DNA of 64,000 nucleotides from Neoechinorhynchus agilis (Eukaryota; Animalia; Acanthocephala): NCBI GenBank assembly GCA_051530055.1, contig CM121341.1, positions 6,550,784 to 6,614,783 of the forward strand, read 5' to 3'. Shown piece by piece: positions 47,166 to 64,000 of this stretch (position 1 is its first letter; each line of letters starts with the position of its first letter). The notes under the pieces were generated by a model. It saw only the letters and a program-made list of their open reading frames with translations, ran no database searches and was not told where the DNA came from. The position numbers and the translations under genes were made by a program.

Positions 47166-48640
47166 ATGCTGACGAACACGATTCTGCTGCTCCGTCAATG
47201 TCCACGATTATTATCAAATCTTGCTCGAAATGATTTGTCAAATACAATCTCTTCTGAAAACTTTAAACGCAAACTGTTATACCCAAACTCATGTCGGCCG
47301 CCATTAAATTGAGCAAATTGTGGGTATAGTTCCTTTCACCCACATTCGCTCGGAATAAAGTGCTTTGTTGAATCGATTAAAGAAGTTGATTTCGATCCAA
47401 TCGGTATTATTGACCTACATCCAGACGTATTTGCAGTTCATCCGAGGTATCTTGATTTGTTATCGTAGCGTCTTTTTCTTTTAAAATCAGAATCGATATC
47501 TTACATCAAAACGTTAAATGGCAGTTGTTGTACCGGAAAATCGTAAGTCTGATGTCCAATTTCCCTTCGTTTAGTTTTAAACATCTAAAATGAATCTCAG
47601 GATTATGCATGGACACCGAAGATATTCGAAATGACAAGTGGAAAACGAAAACCTTGGCCTCAAAAGGGAACGGGAAGAGCTCGTCAGGGATCCCGGCGAG
47701 CACCACAGTTCACCAAAGGTCAGAAGAGATTATCGTCATTATCCATATTAAACTTTGGGACAGAAACTTGCTCATAAAATCAGTTTGTCCGAGGCTCTTA
47801 TTTTCGATTCATTCTATCTTTTTCTAAATGTAATCAACTGCGATTTCCTTTGAAATATAGAATTCTATTATTGAGTCCATAAAACAATTTGTCTCCTTTA
47901 TGAAAATTGAGTTTTAGTTGCATACCTCAGATCTACAATCGATCGTGGGACAGCAGAGACTAGACTTTTCCCCCAAAATACTGAAATATCAGCTCATCAA
48001 ATCCTCTTCATTCTAACTCTTAAAACATCTAAAAGGCTACGTTGTTAATGGTCCACGAGGTCCAAAGTCCTATTACCACTTGATTCCTCGACCTCTTCGG
48101 GTAGACGGCCTATGCACTGCATTAACCGTTAAATTCCACCAGGTACGTATTTCTTTCATCGAAACTTTGTGATCAATGATTGAGTAGAACGACCTTCATA
48201 TTGTGGATGACCTTGAAATTCCAAACGGTGACCCCGAATTTCTATTGGATCTTATGGACACAAGATTTTGGGGATATTCAAGCCTTTTCGTAGATGAGTA
48301 AACTCTCGATCGCAACTATTATTCGAATCTAATTGATGTCTATTGCTTTAGCACCGATATGATGCCCATCAATATTGCCAGAGCTGTGAACGCATCAAAA
48401 GGATTGTCTCTGATGCCCGTTTACGGTATTTAAGTATTGATTATACTCGAAAAAAATCAACGAATATATTTTGCAGGATTGAACGTTTACAGCATACTTA
48501 AACATGAATGTTTAGTGATTACCTTGAGAGCCTTGGATAAGATTGAACAGAAACTTATCAGTGAGAAGCACTCTAGCAATCCTTCGTTTCAGGATTACAC
48601 ACCGTTGTTCGATCCACCTGAAATGGAAACTTTTGATTGA
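47166..48640 (+). CDS. MRPL4: Mitochondrial ribosomal protein L4 (uL4m), multi-exon
   Basis: [44 protein letters not shown] and [14 protein letters not shown] motifs; N-terminal transit-peptide-like sequence; an apparent 1-nt shortfall near 47305. Confidence 0.93.
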
Positions 48641-49064
48641 ACCAAAATAATAGTCATTTTAATTGATGGCCGCAATGAGATAATTTTTCCTAAATGGATT
48701 TTAGACCCCAATGCTTGCATGGTGACGGTTTAGTTAAAATCTATGTTTTGTACATTCCAAAAGGCTGGACGCGTGTCTCGAGTGTTTTATCTTAAAGAAA
48801 GACTTCAAATTAAGAACGATTTTTTACGTATTGATCGAGTATTTTAATGTCAAGACATAATCTTTTAAAAAGAAACGTGATCGAAATCGTATTAGTCTTT
48901 GAAGACCTTTTTTGGAGGAACAATTAGTACGTTTTTATGGCTATTTTTTGACTTATCATAAAAAAACCCAGCGATTTAAAAGAAAATGGCGACAATAGCG
49001 ACATAAAGTGTTGTAAAACACTTACAGATACTTATCCAGTTTCGACGATATCCTTTCGCTCTCA

Positions 49065-49137
49065 GCATCTGTAGTGTAGTGGTTATCACGTCTGCTTCAC
49101 ACGCAGAAGGTCCCCAGTTCGAACCTGGGCAGATGCA
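49065..49137 (+). tRNA. tRNA-Val (anticodon CAC)
   Basis: Cloverleaf: GCATCTG/CAGATGC acceptor, TAGTGTAGTGG A-box, TCTGC-TTCACAC-GCAGA, CCCAG-TTCGAAC-CTGGG; all stems paired. Confidence 0.97.
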
Positions 49138-49244
49138 AAGGCAGCAAAAAGGGTCCAAAGCAGTTCCGACTCCAGCAGCAGCCTCGACGCCTGAACTCCT
49201 TCGCCCAATCTCTGGATGTTGTAGACGACGGCTGGGTGCGTTTT

Positions 49245-49842
49245 TTTTCAACTTTATTGTGTTTCCTTTATGGCCTTTCGTAAAAAAACAATATTTTAGA
49301 AGACTTAAATAAAGGGATAAAGTCGCAGTTTTAATCTTCTTTTTCAACTTTGTAGTGTTTTATGGCCTTTCGTAAAAAACAATATTTTAGAAGACTAAAA
49401 TAAAAGGCTAAAGTCGCATTTTGAATCTTCTTTTTCAACTTTGTAGTGTTTTATGGCCTTTCGTAAAAAACAATATTTTAGAAGACTAAAATAAAGGGAT
49501 AAAGTCGCAGTTTTAATCTTCTTTTTTAACTTTATAGTGTTTTCCTTTAGACTAAAATAAAGGACTAAAGTCGCAGTTTTAATCTTCTTTTTTAACTTTA
49601 TTGTATTTTCCTTTATGGCCTTTCGTAAAAAAACAATATTTTAGAAGACTAAAATAAAAGGCTAAAGTCGCATTTTGAATCTTCTTTTTCAACTTTGTAG
49701 TGTTTTATGGCCTTTCGTAAAAAAACAATATTTTAGAAGACTAAAATAAAGGGTTAAACTCGCAGTTTGAATCTTCTTTTTCAACTTTATTGTATTTTCC
49801 TTTATGGCCTTTCGTAAAAAAACAATATTTTAGAAGACTAAA
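49245..49842. repeat. AT-rich tandem repeat, about 92-bp unit, 6-7 copies
   Basis: TTATGGCCTTTCGTAAAAAA at 49268, 49360, 49451, 49613, 49705 and 49802. Confidence 0.92.
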
Positions 49843-50093
49843 ACGAATAGCGGGCGTCGCAGTTTTTTTACTTTCGAGCACGACAACTGAATTTAACCAG
49901 TGTATCTACACGTCTCATAGCCTCCGAAAGTTAAAGGCATAGACTCGTTGATTGTTATTAGGAACACCATTGCGACCGGTTTACCCTGAACTCGAGTCTA
50001 TAATAGTCGCTTTTTTTAGAACATTCAGTAAAACGCTGAAGTTCATTGATGATTTTCGCTAAGCACTCACATAGATTATATCTCAAGTACTCA

Positions 50094-51544
50094 TTATTTC
50101 CGGACTATTTTATTCAGATGGCGGGAATCCAATTCAAAGTTATACACTTGCTCGTTGTGATCCTTCTTCAAATGCTCAACAAGACTTAAGTTAAAATTAT
50201 CAAGCGCCTGGGATGCGGCTATGGAAAACTCGGGATTATTGAGGAGTTCGATGCTTTTACCCATTGTACTGGTTGCAGACGAGAGTGAGGACTGCGAAGA
50301 AAGTCCAGAATCAATGTCCTTGTTATTACGTGAATGGCTGATGGGCCTCGATTTAGTCTTCGTATCGGTTTTAAGTTCCTTTTTGTAGTTGTGAACACAA
50401 TTAAACACCGAAGTAAACTTACGGATAGATAAGTAGATGGTACCCATCCTCGTAATCCGTTGACTTCTCCATACCACCATCCTGTTCGTTTTTCGATCAC
50501 CTTTGCAGTTCTGCATTAGAGTACAAGACTAATTATTACTCTACCTTCACATAATCTCCCTTCTTTAAAGAAATAGAATCTCCATATGTATCTTCATAGT
50601 CTTCTATGGCGTAAAATACATCCGAGGACTCACTTTTTTTAATCTTCTGTTCTTTTATTTGTCGCTTATTTGTTGGTCTTAGATATGTCGCTGGGAAAAG
50701 GCCTTGAACGACGCGATCCTTGGGAACTCCGTGAATTCTACATGAACGAATCACCGATGAACACGTACAACTCCTTACAAAACGAACTTGACGGTCCACC
50801 ATCCGTCCACGTTTTCCTCAATCAACTCAACGAGCTGGTTTTTTGGAAGAGATAACTCATCTTTTTGTCTCGCCTTATACGGTTGACTGGTTATAAACAC
50901 TAAAAACTCGAATTATTTTGATTTTTATAAATTACAAAGAGCCATTGACTTTTTCCTGAACTAAGAAGACCACCAGGACCGTGGTCACAATCCATTGGAA
51001 CAAGATACGATCCAGGAACGTAACCTTGTCTCTCATACGAATACACAAGCCACCATCCTATTTTCTTATTTAACGCGCCATGCAAAATCATTTCCTACCT
51101 GATTGGTCCTTACTAATGAGCTCAACAATCTGACCAATCTTTATACTGATTTCACGTGGTCCTTGTGGATTTTAAGACAGTTTTGATATCCGAACCCCCT
51201 TTTTCAAAACCGCCCCTTTTAAACGTCCGGATGCAGAGGTATTTTTGAAGGGATCGTGGGGCAGAAACGGTTTGTAAAGGAGGTGGCATCTAGAAATGCA
51301 ACCGCATCCAAGATGCAGCAGGTATCAGCCTATGGGCGTAAAAGAAAGGTGCTGTCAGACTTTGCATAACAAGCTGACACCGCCTACAGGCAAGGGGGGA
51401 CAATCGAGTAATCTCCTCAATTACACATTTCTGGCGAAGAGCACAGAATGCGTCTCGTTTTCTCATCCTGAAATCATCATTAAATGACAAGCAGTGCGGA
51501 TCCATGAACTCGAAAAATTGAAAGGTTCTACCATCTACATACAA
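50094..51544 (-). CDS. Multi-exon adaptor with three tandem SH3 domains, preceded by a possible C1-like Cys/His segment (5' end uncertain)
   Basis: SH3 signatures EISIKIGQIVELI..DQSGWW..QGYVPGSYL; YKARQKDELSL...VDGWW..GLFPATYL; YAIEDY...SISLKKGD..GWWYG..GWVPSTYL. Confidence 0.8.
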
Positions 51545-53599
51545 TCTAACAATAGATCAAATCGAGATTCGGAATTGAGTACTATTTTGGATAATCATCA
51601 AAAGCGTAGTTTCCTATTTTCGTCAAAAATCACCGTTAGAATTCAGTTCCCCAATAACCACGGCGGTGATTTGATCGTTTGTGTAGCTGGTGTCCAAAAA
51701 GAACGCCTTAATCGAGAATCTTAGGTCCATATCCCGCGCTCGGACATTTGCGCTTTAAATGCTACCGAGTTTTTAAAGACTAAAGTGCTCTCTTTTTGAC
51801 AGAAACTCCGTCCCATTAAAGCTCTACTCTTAAAAAGTTATGTTTCTGCTGAACTTGACTTTTTGTGGCTCAAAGCGTACACTGCATTTTAATGAATACA
51901 TTGAGACGTGAACAAGAATGTGGGCTTCGTGAAATGGAAAGACGTGAAAAAACAACTATTGCATGCAGTGTCGTTGCCATCCATTGAGTTTTTAACTCTT
52001 AAAATAATCCCAACTCTTTTGAGCAGGAATTCGATCACCTTTTAAACGAAAAAGAGTTAGACATATTAGCAGAAAACAGCGAATTGACTTTGAAAAAATG
52101 AACGTCCATTTTGTCAATATTGTCTTTTTTTTGCCGTTGTTCATGATGTGATTTTAAAACTGAGTTAAAAGCACACCAATTCATTTTAGCATCAAAAAGA
52201 TCCCCGTTGATAGCTGGGAATTAAAAAAACTTGAGCCTCCAGTCGATCTCAGTGCAGCGCTTTTAATTTGCATTTAAAAGCGCCGTCAAAAGACTGCCTA
52301 TAAAAGTTTGTACGTTTCATCTTTCGCTTGTTAGCCTTTCAACCGTTGAATAGTGGTGGTTACAGCTCTAACACAAGTTTTGCTCATCAAGTTGAAATGT
52401 TCGCTCTTTATTACGGTATTGTTTGAAATCAACGGGCTAAAAATTTGCATTATTATTACACGTTTATTTTGTTATTTCATAGACTCGCGTTTCTTGATCT
52501 TGGAGTGGGTTACGAATTCGACGGGGTTCCGATGACTATTGACGGATATTGTTTGCAGGGCACAAACAAGTGTTTCGAACAATCAAAGCACAAGTTTATT
52601 ACTTCATAAGGCAGATCTAAAATCTATAGATGAATTTGTGGGAAACATCAAAATAGAACCGAGTGAACTATATGCAGTATTCTGATATGTGCAAAAGATT
52701 GACCGGACGAATTAATTCAAATTATCTGAATGAAAAGTCGCTAAATTGGCATCGAAAGGAGATTAAAGACAAAAAAATTAGCAGTAAATCGCGTCCCAAA
52801 CAAGTTCGAGGGTGTGACTTGAGTGCATTGTCGGTTTTAAGACTGCCCGGGGGGGATTAACAATAAGTGGATATTGTAACTCAAACGAAAGCCACGTTAC
52901 CAAACGGTTCAATTGCGGCTGAAGAATGAAAAGATTCAATTTGTGAAGTTCAGTGAGCAAAATCCGAAGATAGCGTTAAAAAAACTAAAAGTGAACATGT
53001 ACAAGAGGCGTTTGCGATGGCAAACGAAATTTTTGAACGAAATATAAATCGTCAGACGAACTAATGTCGGTAAAACCCGAATCGCAAGCGGTTACACTAT
53101 ACATAAAAAGTCAAATTCCAAGCTAATCGGATGAAATCCAATTGTTGATATAAAAAAAGCTTAGGAGATAACAAAACTCCGTTGTAGTTTAATATTGGAG
53201 ACATGAAGAATAAATTACTCGTTCGAGGAACTAGAGAGGTTCATTCAAGGTGACAATGGAAATGTAGGGAATTTCTCTAATAACAAACGCCATCGCAGTT
53301 CAATAAACGAAACTAAATTAAACAAATCAGAAGATGGCGAACATAGGAACAATAAACGAGTTTTAAAATGTGTTCAATTTTATTGAACGGACAATCAAGA
53401 ACGCGTTTGTAGTTAAAGAAAAACACCATTGCTATTATATAAAAGAAATTCAATGAGTCAAGTGCTAAGCAAGCGATGGCCCTAATTTGTTCCTAGAAAT
53501 GCTCACAATAAATGATGAACGTTTCAAAAACACAATACATTCTCCGTTTTCCAAGAATAAAGTTCATTTCACTAACAGCCCAACTTTCGTTCAAAACAA

Positions 53600-57882
<4,283 letters not shown>

Positions 57883-58047
57883 ATCGAATCTTACAAAGAA
57901 CACGAATTAAGAATTAAATAGCTCCTATTGTCGACCTCGAGCAGTTCTCTCGATCGATGTTTAAAAATCTTTATGGAACTGGGCGCAATCGAAACTAAAA
58001 TATTTTACAAGAATAAGTGAACGAGATCTTAGGACGATGGGCATACG

Positions 58048-60538
58048 AAAATCAATTTTGAGGAATTTCCGCGAAAACTGAGATAAGCAAAAGGCAAAAA
58101 AAAAGAAATTCAAAAATCAATTTTGAGGAATTTCCGCGAAAACTGAGATAAGTAAAATGCAAAAAAAAAGAATCAAAAAATCAATTTTGAAGAATTTCCG
58201 CGAAAACTAAGATAAGTAAAAGGCAAAAAAAGAAATACAAAAATCAATTTTGAAGAATTTCCGCGAAAACTAAGATAAGTAAAAGGCAAAAAAAGAAATA
58301 CAAAAATCAATTTTGAAGAATTTCCGCGAAAACTGAGATAAGCAAAAGGCAAAAAAAGGAATACAAAAATCAATTTTGAAGAATTTCCGCGAAAACTAAG
58401 ATAAGTAAAAGGCAAAAAAAAGGAATACAAAAATCAATTTTGAAGAATTTCAGCGAAAACTGAGATAAGCAAAAGGCAAAAAAAGGAATAAAAAAATCAA
58501 TTTTGAAGAATTTCCGCGAAAACTGAGATAAGCAAAAGGCAAAAAAAGGAATACAAAAATCAATTTTGAAGAATTTCCGCGAAAACTAAGATAAGTAAAA
58601 GGCAAAAAAAGGAATACAAAAATCAATTTTGAGGAATTTCGCGAAAACTAAGATAAGTAAAAGGCAAAAAAGGAATACAAAAATCAATTTTGAGGAATTT
58701 CCGCGAAAACTAAGATAAGTAAAAGGCAAAAAAAATACAAAAATCAATTTTGAAGAATTTCCGCGAAAACTGAGATAAGCAAAAGGCAAAAAAAGGAATA
58801 CAAAAATCAATTTTGAAGAATTTCCGCGAAAACTAAGATAAGTAAAAGGCAAAAAAAGGAATACAAAAATCAATTTTGAAGAATTTCCGCGAAAACTAAG
58901 ATAAGTAAAAGGCAAAAAAAGGAATACAAAAATCAATTTTGAAGAATTTCCGCGAAAACTGAGATAAGTAAAAGGCAAAAAAAGGAATACAAAATCAATT
59001 TTGAAGAATTTCCGCGAAAACTAAGATAAGTAAAAGGCAAAAAAAGGAATAAAAAATCAATTTTGAGAATTTCGGAAAACAGATAAGAAAAGGCAAAAAG
59101 GAATACAAAAATCAATTTTGAAGAATTTCCGCGAAAACTAAGATAAGTAAAAGGCAAAAAAAGGAATACAAAAATCAATTTTGAGGAATTTCCGCGAAAA
59201 CTAAGATAAGTAAAAGGCAAAAAAAGGAATACAAAAATCAATTTTGAGGAATTTCCGCGAAAACTAAGATAAGTAAAAGGCAAAAAATGAAATACAAAAA
59301 TCAATTTTGAAGAATTTCCGCGAAAACTGAGATAAGCAAAAGGCAAAAAAAGGAATACAAAAATCAATTTTGAAGAATTTCCGCGAAAACTGAGATAAGT
59401 AAAAGGCAAAAAAAGGAATACAAAAATCAATTTTGAAGAATTTCCGCGAAAACTAAGATAAGTAAAAGGAAAAAAAGAAATACAAAAATCAATTTTGAAG
59501 AATTTCCGCGAAAACTGAGATAAGCAAAAGGCAAAAAAAGGAATACAAAAATCAATTTTGAAGAATTTCCGCGAAAACTAAGATAAGTAAAAGGCAAAAA
59601 AAGGAATACAAAAATCAATTTTGAAGAATTTCCGCGAAAACTGAGATAAGCAAAAGGCAAAAAAAGGAATACAAAAATCAATTTTGAAGAATTTCCGCGA
59701 AAACTAAGATAAGTAAAAGGCAAAAAAAGGAATACAAAAATCAATTTTGAAGAATTTCCGCGAAAACTAAGATAAGTAAAAGGCAAAAAAAGGAATACAA
59801 AAATCAATTTTGAGGAATTTCCGCGAAAACTAAGATAAGTAAAAGGCAAAAAAAGAAATACAAAAATCAATTTTGAAGAATTTCCGCGAAAACTGAGATA
59901 AGTAAAAGGCAAAAAAAGGAATACAAAAATCAATTTTGAAGAATTTCCGCGAAAACTAAGATAAGTAAAAGGCAAAAAAAGAAATACAAAAATCAATTTT
60001 GAAGAATTTCCGCGAAAACTGAGATAAGCAAAAGGCAAAAAAAGGAATACAAAAATCAATTTTGAAGAATTTCCGCGAAAACTAAGATAAGTAAAAGGCA
60101 AAAAAAGGAATACAAAAATCAATTTTGAGAATTTCGCGAAAACTAGATAAGTAAAAGGCAAAAAAGAATACAAAAATCAATTTTGAAGAATTTCCGCGAA
60201 AACTAAGATAAGTAAAAGGCAAAAAAAGGAATACAAAAATCAATTTTGAAGAATTTCCGCGAAAACTGAGATAAGTAAAAGGCAAAAAAAGGAATACAAA
60301 AATCAATTTTGAAGAATTTCCGCGAAAACTGAGATAAGTAAAATGCAAAAAAAAAAGAATAAAAAAATCAATTTTGAAGAATCTCCGCGAAAACTGAGAT
60401 AAGTAAAAGGCAAAAAAAGGAATGATAAGTAAAAGGCAAAAAAAGGAATACAAAAATCAATGTCGAAGACTTTCCACGAAAACTGAGATAAGTAAAAGGC
60501 AAAAAAGAGAAATACGAAAATCAATTTTGAAGAATTTA
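58048..60538. repeat. 63-bp tandem repeat, about 39 copies
   Basis: Unit AAAATCAATTTTGAAGAATTTCCGCGAAAACT(A/G)AGATAAG(T/C)AAAAGGCAAAAAAAGGAATAC; 21-aa periodicity in the spurious ORFs. Confidence 0.97.
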
Positions 60539-61049
60539 AGAAATGCTAAAAACCTTTTCCTTTCTTCTGCATTTCTCGTTCACTTCAAAAGTAACGTAGA
60601 AGGAAAATTTTCTTACCTAATCGCCCGGAATGAAATTTCAATGCTTTTTCGAGAACTTTTTAAACTGCTCAGACCGTCTTCCGATTTCTGATGGCATCTT
60701 TGGAGTGGGAAGAATTTATACGCTGGCCATCACCCGACATTAAGTAATTTGCGTTGTTTTCAACGTATCGATTCTTTGGAGCAAAATCAATAGATTATCC
60801 GAATGATGTAAGTGGTGATGACTTTTGCGTGCAAGACTTTCTGTTCTTATATTCCGAAGAATTTACAATGACGACGTTTTTGCTTTTGATTTTTTAGATC
60901 TTTAGAACGGGTGGATGTATCGTTGCGTAGTTGGAATTTTTGAGGATAACAAAAAATTTGAGATCTGTTCCAAGTTTTGTCTTAAATCGCCATTGGCGGA
61001 TAAAGCTTTCCACATTTGTCGATTTAATTAAATTTGACGGTTTGGTCCT

Positions 61050-61940
61050 CTTCCCGTGGAGAACGTTAAAGAAGTTTCGAACTTCGCCTCGTTCGTGATC
61101 AATTTCTTTTTAGTGTTAAAAAGTTGGTTAAAGTTTTTCGTCCTGTGGAGAGCGTCTTGAAAAAGAGGAACTTTTCGAACCTCGTCTCGTTCGTGATCGA
61201 TTTGTTTTTAGTGTTAAAAAGTTGGTTAAAGTTTTTGGTCTTCGTCCCGTGGCGAAGATTAGAGACGTTTCGAACCTCGTCTCGTTCGTAATCAGTTTTA
61301 TAGATGTTTAAAAGTTGTTTAAACTTTTTCGTCTTTGTCCTGTGGAGAAAGTCTTGTAAAAAAGGAATTTTTCGAACCTCGCCTCGTTCGTGATCAATTT
61401 GTTTTTAGTGTTAAAATATTGACTTATATTTTTTAGTATTCGTCCTGTGGAGAAAGTCTTGTAAAAAAGAAATTTTTCGAACCTCGTCTCGTTCGTGATC
61501 AATTTGTTTTTAGTGTTAAAAAGCTGGTTAAAGTTTTTCGTCCTGTGGAGAACGTCTTGTAAAAAAGGAATTTTTCGAACCTCGTCTCGTTCGTGATCGA
61601 TTTGTTTTTAGTGTTAAAAAATTGACTTATATTTTTTGGTCTTCGTCCTGTGGAGAACGTCTTGTAAAAAAGGAATTTTTCGAACCTCGTCTCGTTCGTG
61701 ATCAATTTGCTTTTAGTGTTAAAAAAATGACTTATATTTTTTGGTCTTCGTCCCGTGGCTAAGATTAGAGGCGTTTCGAACCTCGTCTCGTTCGTAATCT
61801 GTTTTGATAAGTGTTAAAAAGCTGGATAAGTTTTTTCGTCCTCGTGTAAAAGGACGTTCGTCACCAGTTTTGTGTTAAAGAATGACTTATATTTTTGGTC
61901 TCCGTCCCGTGGCTAAGATTAGAGGCGTTTCGAACTTCGT
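61050..61940. repeat. Degenerate tandem repeat, about 96-105-bp unit, about 9 copies
   Basis: TTCGAACCTCGTCTCGTTCGTGATC recurs at roughly 100-bp intervals. Confidence 0.9.
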
Positions 61941-62181
61941 GATTACTTTGAGCGGATAAATCGATCATTAGGCTCTCAAAAGAGTGCACGATCGAAAACG
62001 TCTATGGACGATTCTGACAGTCTAGCTAAGAAAAAAAAACAAATATTTGTTTCCAATAGAAATCTTTTTGTTGGGTTTTTGAGAAGAAAAACCTAGAAAC
62101 CAATTCGATCGAACATTTTTTACACATTTATGCCTGCCACAGATCTGGCCAAGATGCGCCGCATTCTACATAAACTCTCGT

Positions 62182-63999
62182 CTAAACATCGCATGTCCTG
62201 CTGGGGCGGTCATCTGCACCCTCGCCACCACCACCGCCACCACCAGTACTCGTCGTCGTATTTACATCACCGACGAGAGCAGTGTTCTTGGTGATTTTCG
62301 CAAGAAACGTGAATGCTCGTTCTACGAACTGGCTCACGTTGATTCGTCGTCCATTGAGATTGTTATCGTTTCGAATTCGTTCAACGGCACGTCTTAGATT
62401 GCGTTCAATGAGTGCTTCCTTACCGGCGTAATATGTGATCCAATTTCTTGGTGTTAACGTGGACACTTCCATCAACAAGCTCACGATTATGATGGCACGT
62501 TGATTGTTCATACCGTACGGAAGCCAGTCGACTACGTCCTCTAGTAAGCCACGGACCAACCTAGAACCTGGTTCGTCATCGTCATCGTCATCGTCCGCCG
62601 GGTTTCCACCAGCAGTTCCTCTAAGAACAACTCGGAACCGATCTTCCTTAAGATCGTCTTCGGTCGAAAGACACGATCTTATTAGACAAAGAGAAGGTAT
62701 CGCCACAAAGGGATCAATCGTGATTTCGGTGATTCTTTTGTGAGGAAAAACATCAATTAAAGAATAGAGTTCGTTAAAGACGATACCGACGACACGACAG
62801 CTCGCCTTTATGTTCTTGTAACAGATGAACTTAACGTAAATGGAGGTGCCTTCATGAACAGCGACATCAGGATGAAGAAGAAGCCTTAGAATCGAGGTTG
62901 ACTCCATTATCGTTTCTACACTAATCGGGAAATTGCGCTCTATAAGCTCGTAATCGATTGGACTAATCACGTATCCGATCCCGTCACCTTCGACTTTGTA
63001 CGGATTATCTATGCCGTGATTCGGGTACCGTGGACACCTCACGAGAAACAAAATCATCGATATCAGAGGTACGATGTTTCGAATCGAAGGACGAATGATG
63101 TCACCGAGATTTTCTCGGTCCGGCTCACTCAAAGTCCACGTTGGATCGCAACTAAGCAAAAGATCCACGTCCGGTGCGAAAACGGCTCTTGCAAGACGCT
63201 GTAGCAGAGATATACGTAGGAGTCCTTTGATTGTTTTTGGACCACGATTTCGTAACTTTTCAAAAATATCGATGACCTGTTGAGCATGGTGAGTTTCTTT
63301 AGGGACGAATAGCCTCGACATGATGTTGATGAGGCACTGAATGACATTACAAGCCAACACGAGGCTTTCTTCATTGTTCGATACGGCCATTTGACGAACG
63401 AGCAAAGCTTCGATGATTCTCGAGAAGCGACACCGGAAAGGTCGATAAAAGCGAACTAAAGTTTGGTAGAGCACTTGGAATTGGCATACTTGAGTTAGGA
63501 ATGCTGTTCGTGCAGAGAACGAGTGGACCGTGAGTGCTAGAATTCCATCGAGGATCTCGAGGCACGAATGTCGTATGCATTTTGGAATCGAAGTCTTTGG
63601 TTCTTCGAAATCGACTCGTTCGTTATTCACAACTAGAACACTTCCTTCAATTAAAGGCATTAGAGCGTCAGTTGCGGTGAGTGTTCGTAGAAGACATTGC
63701 TGATCGCGGCTCGGATCATCTTCAGCGCTCTCAAGTACGTGAGTATCGAGTGAAACTGAACTTGACGTGTGGCGTTTCATTAGGTGTGCAACGAACGCAT
63801 AGTAATCCGACCGTCCATGGACCTGATTTTCTAAAATCCGGATATTGGTCGAATGAATGTGCCTGTACACGTTCTCGGGAATCCGTGCTTCCGTCATATG
63901 GCAACGACGATCAAGTGGAATCAGATCTCGAATGGGGTTCGCCTGCTCCTTTCGGGTCCATTCACGTTCATAAAAGAGCATATAAGCACTCGATGGATC
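62182..63999 (-). CDS. USP9/USP24/USP34-type ubiquitin-specific protease, C-terminal part (5'-truncated by window edge)
   Basis: The open frame runs to the window end, reading SAYMLFYER (end of the USP catalytic domain), then PENVYRHIHSTNIR...DYYAFV.HL as in the USP9/34 post-catalytic region. Confidence 0.75.
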   Translation of the reverse strand, partial: DPSSAYMLFYEREWTRKEQANPIRDLIPLDRRCHMTEARIPENVYRHIHSTNIRILENQVHGRSDYYAFVAHLMKRHTSSSVSLDTHVLESAEDDPSRDQQCLLRTLTATDALMPLIEGSVLVVNNERVDFEEPKTSIPKCIRHSCLEILDGILALTVHSFSARTAFLTQVCQFQVLYQTLVRFYRPFRCRFSRIIEALLVRQMAVSNNEESLVLACNVIQCLINIMSRLFVPKETHHAQQVIDIFEKLRNRGPKTIKGLLRISLLQRLARAVFAPDVDLLLSCDPTWTLSEPDRENLGDIIRPSIRNIVPLISMILFLVRCPRYPNHGIDNPYKVEGDGIGYVISPIDYELIERNFPISVETIMESTSILRLLLHPDVAVHEGTSIYVKFICYKNIKASCRVVGIVFNELYSLIDVFPHKRITEITIDPFVAIPSLCLIRSCLSTEDDLKEDRFRVVLRGTAGGNPADDDDDDDEPGSRLVRGLLEDVVDWLPYGMNNQRAIIIVSLLMEVSTLTPRNWITYYAGKEALIERNLRRAVERIRNDNNLNGRRINVSQFVERAFTFLAKITKNTALVGDVNTTTSTGGGGGGGEGADDRPSRTCDV

Positions 64000-64000
64000 T

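Noticed and set aside
48976-49347. ORFs overlapping the tRNA-Val gene
   Set aside because: Incidental frames across a bona fide tRNA and adjacent repeat.
58173-60524. Long hydrophobic ORFs (FVFLFLPFTYLSFRGNSSKLI)n
   Set aside because: Artefact of a stop-free 63-bp satellite, broken by random homopolymer indels.

Overview
Eukaryotic, AT-rich, gene-dense DNA from a compact and highly divergent animal genome. It has short GT-AG introns (about 40-50 nt where I could resolve them) and metazoan-type OPA1, alpha-catenin and furin-type prodomain genes; the organism cannot be named from sequence alone. Recognisable housekeeping genes: ThrRS 3' end, riboflavin kinase, an exosome RNase PH subunit, mitochondrial L4, tRNA-Val(CAC), OPA1 and a USP9/24/34-type deubiquitinase. 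These alternate with an unstable accessory layer of six tandem-repeat families, several foldback/MITE-like palindromes, at least five CRE-type (RLE) non-LTR retrotransposon fragments, a Penelope-like fragment and scrambled segmental duplications. Best leads: (1) a tandem pair of secreted LRR genes whose differences concentrate on the predicted ligand-binding beta-strands, next to vWA-like surface-protein paralogs with a gene-conversion-like tract, with scrambled fragments of both families 20 kb away; (2) a GC-rich, highly foldable island at about 425-705 with a telomerase-template-like motif; (3) an intronless tubulin lacking the GTP-binding signature; (4) a stand-alone proprotein-convertase prodomain gene. 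Several essential genes carry apparent 1-2 nt frameshifts, so indel errors and local misassembly are possible. All identifications are by eye, without database searches.
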